Assembly (NCBI GenBank): GCA_907165135.1
Contig: OU015568.1
Span: forward strand, 3,472,001-3,536,000
Source of the DNA: Oikopleura dioica
Lineage: Eukaryota; Animalia; Chordata
Reading direction: 5' to 3'
DNA: 64,000 bases
Shown here: piece by piece, positions 11,567 through 21,455 of the stretch
Layout of the letters: each line of letters begins with the position of its first letter
How positions within the stretch are numbered: position 1 is the stretch's first letter
Notes under the pieces: generated by a model
What the model was told of the DNA's origin: nothing
The model's database searches: none
What the model saw: the letters and a program-made list of their open reading frames with translations, nothing else
Made by a program: the position numbers and the translations under genes

Positions 11567-12824
11567 AATAACAATAAAAAAGTCGATCAAGAAACAAACT
11601 GAGCGCATTGATGTTTTCGAAAAAATGTCTATTTTTGCTTATAACTGCTCTCACTGCTGAAGATTCCCCGTCAATAATTAATTTCCAAGTGAATTCCACG
11701 GTATAAAACAGCCATTTTCAATGTTTCTTGCCAACAGCAGTCGATGAAGCTCAAAATATATAATGTTTTCAGAAATAAAATTCTTGTTGTTCTGAAAAAT
11801 ATTTGAAAAACATCAACAGATCATGAAATGCTTCACGCTGCCGGAAAATTACGCATGCTAAGAATGCTCAAAGAACGCGCAAAGAACAGACAATTCAAAA
11901 AAATCGTTACTGAGTCCATCTTGTCACTCTAAAGAATAATCAAAAGACACGTATGTATTTGTGCAAGTCTTTTTATTAACAGATCAAAATGCATGTCACA
12001 CTTCATAGCCTTGGCAAGAGCGATTGAGCCATAAACTCGGCTTGAACGAGCAAGCATTATGGTGGGAACAGCTCTCTCAAGAGCACATAACGCTCGAATT
12101 CCGCTCATCTCGCTCTTGCCATTCCGTCATCAGGTCTTTTTTACAATTATCTCCCCGTCATCACCGCATTTGTCCGCCCCGTCGAGTTGAAACGGAATCA
12201 TTGAGGAAAAACGAGCGGGCGAAGCTCGCGAGCGGCCCTCGCTCCGCTCATTTAAATTTTGAGCACATCATTCGAGCGGTCTTTTTTCCGCCCGTCGAAC
12301 TGTCGAAAGACGGAGGAGGACCGCTCGAATGCCGTGAGCGGTGGGACACGATGGGTCGCTCGTTTATTGCTCCGCTCGCTCGAAGTTCCGAGCGGCTTCA
12401 ACTTTGTTGACGGTTGCGGACTAGGGCTCGGGTTTGTTGAACCAACTGAGGTTCAGGAGCGACCCTCGGGCAGGCTCAGTGTCAATTTGTCACAGTGACC
12501 GGGTTTACAATTATCAATCAGTAAGGATTGATTACAGGCCCGGGTTCGTTACCGGTCATACTTACATGTTCCAATTATGACCGTTCCAAAAAGAACATTC
12601 AACACGTTATATGCAGAAAAAGATAAGGAAAAGGGTTTTCGAAAGAGCTTAAAGATAAGGTGCTCGTATTCGAAAAAAATGTATAGAAGTCAAGTCGGTC
12701 ATACGTACAGGGTTGATTCTGGCGCGTGAAGTGGTAGTTGAGTCGATCCATGGCGAGAAAATGACGAGAATGAATAAGTTACAAAATAAGAGGATTATAA
12801 TGTGGATGGCGCTTTTTTGTTCGC

Positions 12825-13650
12825 TTAGTAGCTCTCGTACATATCGTCGTAGGCGAAGCCACTGTCGCCTTCGAAGAATTTGTCTTCTCGGTCGCGTCGG
12901 ACGCATCGAATGATGGAGTTTTTGACCTACAAGTTGATTTTAATCAATTATTCTTCCTCGCGAAGATTGATTATGATATCCGCCCTCTTCTTACCTTGGA
13001 CCATTTGCATCGGACGTTGTTGGGTTTGTTGAAATTGCAAGTGCAGGTGACGTGGTCGGTTGGGAAGGGCATCATCTCGAAGACCTTGTTTTCGCTGACC
13101 ATATCGTCACAGCTGGAAGAAGGAAATTATTCAGTTGCTCAGGATGAGTTCGAGAAAATACCTGAAGTTGTAGAAGGTTCGTCGTCCATCGACAAATTTC
13201 TCCATGTTGAGGAGTTTGTTGGTGAGATTGTACATTCGCTTGGGGTCTTGGCATCGCTCCTTGATTCCGCAAAGATCGGTTCCGTCGATGGATTTTGGAT
13301 TCCATTTGTACGAACCGACGGGGAAGTCAGGATCGCCAGCATTTCGTTGGACCTTGCACTAGAATTTTTCGGTAAGCAAAAGCGAAGAAAGATAAATGTT
13401 AATTTACCTTGATTGGCTTGGTCGACCAGACGTTTTCTTGGCCGTTAAGGCAGAGGAGGTTGCATCGGGTCTTGATCTTATTCTTTTTGATGTTGCGCTT
13501 GGTCTTGCACTTGGTCTTCATGTCTGGGAAGTCCGATGGGGGGAAAAGATCGGCGAAGTTGTCGCATGGAAGATCTTCTTCGAAGTAGATTCGGCCGGAA
13601 GGAGCTTGGGCACTGACGCCAGCAAAGGCGACTAAAGCGGAGATCTTCAT
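12825..13650 (-). CDS. Secreted Cys-rich sushi/CCP-like protein (paralog 2 of 3047-3786)
   Basis: MKISALVAFAGVSAQ...PCDNFADLFPPSDFPDMKTKCK...KERCQDPKRMYNLTNKLL...CDDMVSENKVFEMMPFP...RCKWSKVKNSIIRC...YDDMYESY*. Shares both introns of paralog 1 and has one extra. Confidence 0.75.
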
Positions 13651-14957
13651 TCTGAAATCGAAATAGTAAATTATGAACGAAAAATTATTCTCAAAATATT
13701 CGGAATAATGCTCAAAACTATTCACTGTTTGATTGGCAGAAGAACGAAATCAAGAAATCTGATTGGCTGAAGGACCAAAATGTTCGATTTTTTATCAAAA
13801 TGAGCAAGTCTATTCTTGATTGTTTTTAAAGATTCCATTTCTCTTATGAAATTCTCTTTTTCCGATTTTTTTTTCTCGATTTTCTTACCTGAGTACGAAA
13901 GACCTTGTGTCGATACTGATTTTTTCTCGGCGGGGTAGCTGGTTTTAAACGGTAAACAGGATCATTTTGAATAAAGTACTTCTTATCTTACTAATGCACG
14001 CGCTCAGAAGAGCATGATCCCTGGTTCACCTTACAAAGTATCAAGCTTAGCTGGCCAGCCGGTAATCACGTTTTCGCGAGAAGACGCATTTTTTTTCGAT
14101 TTCTAAGCGATTTGATTTTAGATTGATTTTCATTTCTGACATATTAAAAGTATCGGCTTTAATTTTTTTTCGTGAGAAATGCGATGCCTCAGCAGGATCA
14201 AGGCAGAAAAGGGGTGATACGTGAGCAGCCCTGGCTAGCCGGGGAGATAAGTCTAAATGTATCAGTTTTTCGGCAGCTGGTGAATAATTTAAAGAAAAAT
14301 AAAAGTCCCCTAGTCTAGTGCTGGGCATGAAGATGGATCGGGTCGATGGCCAGATCGAAGAATTTGAAAGACGGCATCGTTAATCTTACCGTAAATGTTT
14401 GTAGATGCTTCCCAGGTGCGGCTCAATGGTCTGACATTTTGCCTAGCTTTTGGCTTTGTTTCAGTTTCTTGCGCAAAATTTGCGATGCTTCAGAAATTTT
14501 TTCACTCTAAAAAAGTCATCTGACTGTAACAACACTGTTAGTCTGATAACACAGGTATGCTATTATGGCAGTCTATCATCGGTAGTGAAAACATAGAAAG
14601 AACTGATGTTTGGATCGCTTTTATATTGCCGATTCATAGGTCTAAAAACCTAAGCTGAGTTAGAAAACTCACCTTGAAAATTGCGATTTTTCGTTAAAAA
14701 AAATACGGTGAAGGATCGAGGTTGCATATAGGAAAACTACCCGGGATTTTCCGCATAGATTTTAACAAAGTCAACGACCCATTAAAATGGTATTTAATCT
14801 TGAATACAGTGCTTGCAGAGAGCAAAGCCGTGAAAATGTCAAACAGAAATCCTGGCGCCACCTGAATATATTCAAAGGAGTATAAAATCAAACCGCCTCG
14901 ATATCGAATCTCAATTTTTGACGAAAGACAAGAATTGACTTTTTCAAAAAAAAAAAC

Positions 14958-15740
14958 ATGGGAAAATTCGCTGGCACTTGGCAACGAACTAAGGTCGAAG
15001 GAGCTGAGGCTTTCTTCAAGGTAGGAATTGAAGTGATTTTCTAGAGATAGCAGGAAAATTTAAGGCTCTCAACGCCCCAGAAGACAAGTTGAAGCGGGCT
15101 GCTGCAGCTGAACTCACATCTGTCGTCAAATCCGACGGCAAGGAAATCGAACTCACCCGAACCTACACTCTTGCTGGGTAAGACATAGACAGGGGCTGCA
15201 CAGAGGGAAAATCGATTTTTTATCATACTCTTATAGGGATGAATACATCGATGGAAACCTATGATCTACTGATCATTTGAACTTGTGATTTGGGGTCAGC
15301 AATAGTCACGTGGAGTCAGCTGAGGTCAAAATCTTATTATTCTCTATTTGATGTAGTTACTTTTGTTACTTTCAAGTAGCTGATACTTCACGGCCAATGA
15401 CAGTCAATACTTTTAAATGATTCTCGATTTTATACTTCGATATAACTATCTAAAAGCAAGTTAAAATTTAGACTTATGGTTTCTATTAATTTCCTCCTAA
15501 AACATTCTTTTTAGCGAGAGCAAGTCTGCTACCACCAAGGTCACCGTCGGAGCCGAGAGCGAAATCAACGGTCCCCTCGGAGGAACCCACAAGGTCACCG
15601 TTGAGGCTGACGGAGATGCCGTCGTCTGCAAGACCACCGATGGCGCCATGTCCATCCGATTCGAAATCGTCGGCGAAGAGCTCGTTGAGACCTTCTCTGC
15701 CAAAGGCAACACCTTCAAGCGATGGCACAAGCGAGCTTAA
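14958..15740 (+). CDS. FABP: Intracellular lipid-binding protein (FABP/iLBP family)
   Basis: MGKFAGTWQRTKVEGAEAFFKALNAPE...IVGEELVETFSAKGNTFKRWHKRA*; GxW motif, family-typical length, three exons, TATAAAA at about 14881. Confidence 0.85.
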
Positions 15741-16500
15741 TTTTCCTGTCCTGACTTCTTTCTTTGCGGAAATAAAATAAGGCAGAATTTCAATTTCTAC
15801 TTGCTTCTATATTATTCCTGCAATTTTGCATAATTTTTTTTGACAATTTTTGGTTAAAATTTTTGATGAATGTTTATTGAAAGAATCGACAAATGAATGG
15901 TGACGGAAAAGTGACTTGTGAAAGACAAGAAAATTGCGAGAAATAGTAGAATGCATTTTTTGCCAGCCGCGGCTCCTTTTACCGTCGTCGTATGTTGTGT
16001 TTGTGTGGTTTAGAAAATCGACAGTTATAATGAATGTACTGTACAACGAGGATACGCGAAATAAAAAGAAAAAAAAAACGTAGTGAAGCAGTTGAACAGC
16101 CAAAAACGGGGCTAGCAAGAAAACTTGCGTTACAGTTCTCAAATTGTAAATCTCAATTTAAAATTGAATTACCAGGAGTTTTTTTTTTATCATTTCAATC
16201 ATTCCTCTTTCCGTAGCGCCTTAGAAACAGCATAAAATTCAACACATAACAAGCATATCTAATTTTGAAATATTCTTTCGAAGATCATTTCGAGTAAAAT
16301 AAGCCCACAAGAGAATAAATCACCTGATGAAGAACTTACAGATTCTCCTCGACGTGAGGTTTCTATGGCGTGAGCTCAAACTCGAAGAAAATAATAAGAC
16401 AAAGTTCTTTAGCCAAAACTGAGCAAACAAAACAAAAAAGGAAGCGATTTCTAAGGCTGCTAGAAAAGAGGATGAAATGATGGGCTGTTGGCAGATGGTT

Positions 16501-16630
16501 AGGATGCTGCTGGGCTTGGCAACCTGAGTAAAAAGCCTGAGTCAGGTTCTGAAAGAGCTAAAATGAATAGGTTTACAATTTCAGAACCTGACTCAGGCTT
16601 TTTACTTAGATTGTCGAGCACAGGAATGCT
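16501..16630. mobile_element. Short foldback MITE, family A (best-preserved copy)
   Basis: Inverted arms GGCAACCTGAGTAAAAAGCCTGAGTCAGGTTCTGAAA at 16518-16554 and 16579-16615. Confidence 0.65.
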
Positions 16631-16856
16631 GTATTCAAGTTAAATCTTATCGTTTTAGTAGGTAGTCTGATGATACAGTAACATCTTCCAAATCTGTCAA
16701 CAGCTTTGAACGCTTTGGAAAAGAAAATGATTGAAGCTCACTTTTTCGAATTTTAAAAATCTTCGAATGTCTTGAAAACGCGAATGTTCGAAAAATAGAT
16801 GGTTAAACTGGTTGGAACTGTCGGTGAGCGAAAGAACCGATTCAAGGAGGACCTCT

Positions 16857-17720
16857 TCACATGGAGCTCTCGTCGGTCGTGGCGTTGCCCTCCAAGGTAG
16901 CTTGGTAGTCGCGGAGGACGGAGAGATGGACTTCGCGGAGGACGATGTGGTGGCGAACGTCGGCGATCTTCTTCACGGCTTCTTCTATAGAGATCTTTTC
17001 TTTCTAAACATTTCTGTTAGGTTCAACTCTTCGGAAAAGGTGTAGCTCTTGAATTTTGCTTCGATGAGTCGTGGAACTTACAGTAATTAAATAAGCAGCG
17101 CAGACAGTAGCACTTCGTGTTCGTCCAGCTTTGCAATGAACATAAGTCGTGTGGCCCAATTCTGCGATTTTCGTGATGAGCGCGACGGCTTGTTTCAACT
17201 CATCAACTGATGGCGTGTGGACATAATCGCCAACATTGAAGTGGAGAAGCTCGACGCCGAGTTCGGTCCATTCTTCGTCCGAGGGAGTCGTGTACCAGCG
17301 CTCGAAATCCTCGTTTACCGACACGACGCCGCGGACATCCTAAATTTAGCAATGCTAATAGTAAAGGATTCGATTTTTTCATCGATTTTAAGCGAAAAAA
17401 GAGCGGTTCCGCTCCGATCATGTGAATTTCCGGAAAATCAAATCGACGATTTACCTCGACTTCCTGAAGTGGCTGTGCCATTGATTTGAACGGAATGGCG
17501 CCGATTATTAGGTTCTCATCGATTCGATTGTACCACTCACGCGAGGAGAGCTTCTCCATCAGAATCGTGTAGATCAGCGACGGGTAGAAAAGGATGCGCG
17601 ACGAAAGGCGAGGCTTTGGAAAAGGGATGGAAATTGGAAATGAATGTGGGGCTATTCAGAATTGGAGCTATTTAGTTATTAATTTGCGGCTTTGGTTTCA
17701 TCGCTGGGCTCGCGATCATG
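16857..17720 (-). CDS. PTPMT1: Mitochondrial phosphatidylglycerophosphatase PTPMT1 (start codon uncertain)
   Basis: SRILFYPSLIYT, REWYNRIDENLIIGAIP, VRGVVSVNEDFE and catalytic VHCKAGRTRSAT. Confidence 0.9.
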
Positions 17721-17787
17721 GGTAGATAACCTGAGTGAGGATATGAAAGTTCCAAAATGAAAGCCGCGTAGCGGCTTTTTTAATAAC

Positions 17788-18746
17788 TAGGGTAAATCAC
17801 TAATAATTGAGCTTTTTTTTGGGCTAAGTAGGGTAGGCATATAATACCGTTTTAGAAAGCCCAGAAGCTGGGGATCATTTTGACTATTGATACTGGGGGG
17901 TGATCTTGTACCCTGAGGGCATTTAGGTACCTCCAAAGTCCCAAAATCTGGCCAATTTCAGAAATTTGAATTTTTGAGTGCCTGGACTGGCCTTTCAGAT
18001 CCAGCCACTATGCTAGAATTGTAGCCCAGGCTCTGACGGTCATTTTGAGATATAGAAAAGTACTGACACCCGGGGGTTCCTGAGGAGCTAAAGGCTCTTG
18101 AAGTTGGGGAACTCGACAAAAAATGAGTACGTTTTCATAAAAAGTACAGCATTTGTGTCACAAATGCCTTCCAAAGACTTTTTATCTATGTTTCTTCATT
18201 GAAAAATGTTAAAGAAATCATTTGGGGTCATCGGAGGTCAGATTAGGTCACTCATGACAGTTTTCTAAATTTTTCAAAATTTCTGACCTAAAGTGACCTC
18301 AGATGACCCCAAATTATTTCTTTAACATTTTTCAATGAATAAACATAGATAAAAAGTCTTTGGAAGGCATTTGTGACACAAATGCTGTACTTTTTATGAA
18401 AACGTACTCATTTTTTGTCGAGTTCCCCAACTTCAAGAGCCTTTAGCTCCTCAGGAACCCCCGGGTGTCAGTACTTTTCTATATCTCAAAATGACCGTCA
18501 GAGCCTGGGCTACAATTCTAGCATAGTGGCTGGATCTGAAAGGCCAGTCCAGGCACTCAAAAATTCAAATTTCTGAAATTGGCCAGATTTTGGGACTTTG
18601 GAGGTACCTAAATGCCCTCAGGGTACAAGATCACCCCCCAGTATCAATAGTCAAAATGATCCCCAGCTTCTGGGCTTTCTAAAACGGTATTATATGCCTA
18701 CCCTACTTAGCCCAAAAAAAAGCTCAATTATTAGTGATTTACCCTA
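17788..18746. mobile_element. 959-bp palindromic (foldback) hAT-type non-autonomous element
   Basis: 463-bp inverted arms (17788-18250 and 18284-18746) with a 33-bp spacer; termini TAGGG...CCCTA; perfect 8-bp TSD TTAATAAC at 17780-17787 and 18747-18754. Confidence 0.9.
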
Positions 18747-19804
18747 TTAATAACGAAGCCGCAGAGCGGCTTCGCAAAATTACTTTTGCAATTAATTCTC
18801 AACAAGAATTCTGGAAAACTGGAAAATATGCTTGTCATTTTTCCGATATTTGAAAAATACGGTGTGACATATTTGAAGACGACTAGAAGTCACGCGACCT
18901 TCCAGTTGTTTCAAAGCTCAAAAATCATTATTTTCAATATTTGGCTAGCGACCGTCTCGGTTCAGAAAAACAACGCCGCTCTCTTTTTGTTCTTTTGCCG
19001 ATTTTGGGCGATTCTTTCATTTGAAATTTGCCATCCCGTGCCAGAACGGAAATGATCGTCTCGGAGACTTGGAGGGGGAGATCGCTGGCGTATGTGCTCA
19101 TGTTCATGATCGACTGCGTCATTGTCGGCTGGACGAGTTGGGTAGGTTCGGACGAGCCGACCTTTGATGGGTTACGCGATTTGTTGGCAAATGGGGTTTT
19201 ATGGGGGGCTCTGTTTCACAGAAAAATATATTTAGAAATTATATGGAATCCGTAATATTTATCTTTAAAATTAATTAGTATCTTTGTGTCCTATTTTAAC
19301 GATAATCAATCATTAAATAAAAAAGGCAACTCATAACATTTTTACGATTTTTTAATTATTTTTCATAAACATAATAATATACCGTCATAATACCGAGGAT
19401 GTCAAGATTCGAAATGCGTTTACAAATAAACGGTTATTAATTTTTTGACAAAAATCTATTCATAAATTTGTTATAAAAAATATGTTTTAATAAATGAAAT
19501 GATAAAAGTCAAAATTCGTCAAATAATTGCGTAAACTTTCCTTTTCGTCAATTTCAGCTTGGCTCGCAATTTTCTCCGTTTTCTTGTTTTCGAGTCGAAA
19601 AAGAAACCTTCGAGATTCTTCAGAAAACGACTTGTTTTTCTTTTAGCCGTGATTCTCGTTTCAAGATTCGTTTGATTTCTATTTTGATTGGCTGATTTGA
19701 GTTTTTCTCTGAATTCGTGAGAAAAATGAGAGATTGATATTTTATTATTTCGCGGATGCACTTGAGAAACCAGAAGAGAGACGCCAAACGAGAAAAAAGG
19801 GGCG

Positions 19805-19850
19805 GCTGAGCCAATCAATTGCCACGCGTGGGCGCCAAAGTTGACTACGC
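19805..19850 (+). promoter_or_regulatory. CCAAT box plus E2F-like site upstream of the RRM gene
   Basis: AGCCAATCA followed by CACGCGTGGGCGCCAAA (GCGCCAAA is an E2F consensus). Motif match only. Confidence 0.3.
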
Positions 19851-20108
19851 AAAGAATCTCCATCTTTCATCTTTTATCGCCTCGAAATCCAAATTTTATC
19901 ATCAGATTTACGAATCTGTCCGTATTTAAAATTATGACTCATCTATTTCCCTTCTATTCTCTCTAGAATTTCCCGACTAAAAATTGATTATTGACCTCAT
20001 TTCAGTAGATAAAGAAAGAGATTTCTGAACAGTGGAAGCAAAAGCCGCTTCTTTCTGTTTTTCTTGTTGAATTTATAATTTTACCTAATCAATCTTTCCC
20101 TATTTCAG

Positions 20109-21219
20109 ATGTTCGGCAACGCAGCCTTCCTACCCGTTGCGCCTATGGAGCCCCTAATGGTCCCGATTTTCGACCCGGCTCATTTCGCCCAAGAAGCGGC
20201 CCAATTTGGCTTTCCAACCCCCGAATCTGCCCCGGCCCATGGAATCTGGACTCCGGATGGATCCCCTTCTGCCATGGCTGCTCCTGTTTTCCAGCAAGCT
20301 CCTCCTATCCTCGCCTTTCCCTCTGATGATCGCGTCCTTTACGGGTAAGTTCAAAGCAACTCTTCTTTGATTTCAATTTGAAACTCTTTAGCTACAGCGG
20401 GGAGTACTTCAGCCCAAGCATTTTCTACCCTGATGGCAGTGGCCAAATTATCCAAGCCGCTCCCGAAGCAGCGTTCTTCGGCCCTCATTACCCCGACTTC
20501 GCACGAGAAGAAATGATCGAACGAATGAAACAAATGGAAAGAGAATTGGACAACTCTTTTTGCCGAAAGACTGCTCCGATTGTGTGCACATTGATGGGCT
20601 TCCTGAAGATATTACTAAAGACCAACTTGCCGAGAAGTTCAAAGCTGCTGGAACAATCCGTGTTACCAAAGGTTAGAAGCCAAAATATAAATTTGAAGTC
20701 AACTACGGTAGCTTCAACTTTCATTTAGGGACCCAACGAATCTTCCTGTTCTTGGACCGAATGACCAAGCGAGGAACCGGCCGAGCAACCATTACATTTT
20801 TGACCCGCGAGGATGCATGCTGCGCGGTTAGACTTTTCAATCAGAAACCACTCAATCCTTCAAAGCCGAAAAAATTCATTATGACTGTCAGAATCGCCAC
20901 ACCGCCGGAGAAGAACCCCTTCGCCGATAAACTCGTAAGTCCCCAATCACTTCTTCCACCCTTCAAATTCACATTCTAGCGCCGGGAACACTTTGAAATG
21001 CAACAAGTCATGGACCAAGTCCGCCTCCAGAACCAAGTGCTGTTCCAGTTGCACGAGCAGCAAATCTCCCCATCACCGACTCATTCCAGTGTTTCTCCTC
21101 TAGTTCCAAAGCCTGATTCTCCAGCTGCTAAGAAAGAAGATAAGAAGGTGCAGCGAAACGGGTTTGACCGGTCCAAAACTTGGTACGAGAAGAAGAACAA
21201 CAGAAAGATCTTCAAGTAA
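20109..21219 (+). CDS. RNA-binding protein with FET-type (FUS/EWS/TAF15-like) RRM and Pro/Ala/Phe-rich N-terminus; one frame break
   Basis: VHIDGLPEDITKDQLAEKFKAAGTIR...IFLFLDRMTKRGTGRATITF...AVRLFNQK...VRIAT resembles the FET RRM. The frame changes at about 20557. Confidence 0.65.
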
Positions 21220-21455
21220 GACAAAGACTAAAGACCCATTTTTCTAACATGAAATCAAGGAAGAGCCCTGGCACTCCAAAGAAATTTGCTTCATCTTGAA
21301 ACAAGCGTCAGGTAATCAAATCAAAATCACTGGGAAATATTTATTGAAAGTATTTTTTAGCACACGACAACACCTCATCACTTAGTTCCATTCAACCTAA
21401 CTGCCTTTATAGCTCCATCTAACTACCAAAATATTAAACGAATAAAGCTTACACC

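Noticed and set aside
12996-13412. Antisense ORFs over the sushi-like paralogs (also 3104-3400)
   Set aside because: Mirror frames of codon-biased real exons; no independent signals.
14760-14780. CAAAGTCA HNF4-like site upstream of FABP
   Set aside because: Short motif expected by chance; cannot be supported without conservation data.
16320-16385. Possible C/D snoRNA (TGATGA box)
   Set aside because: No convincing D box or terminal stem.
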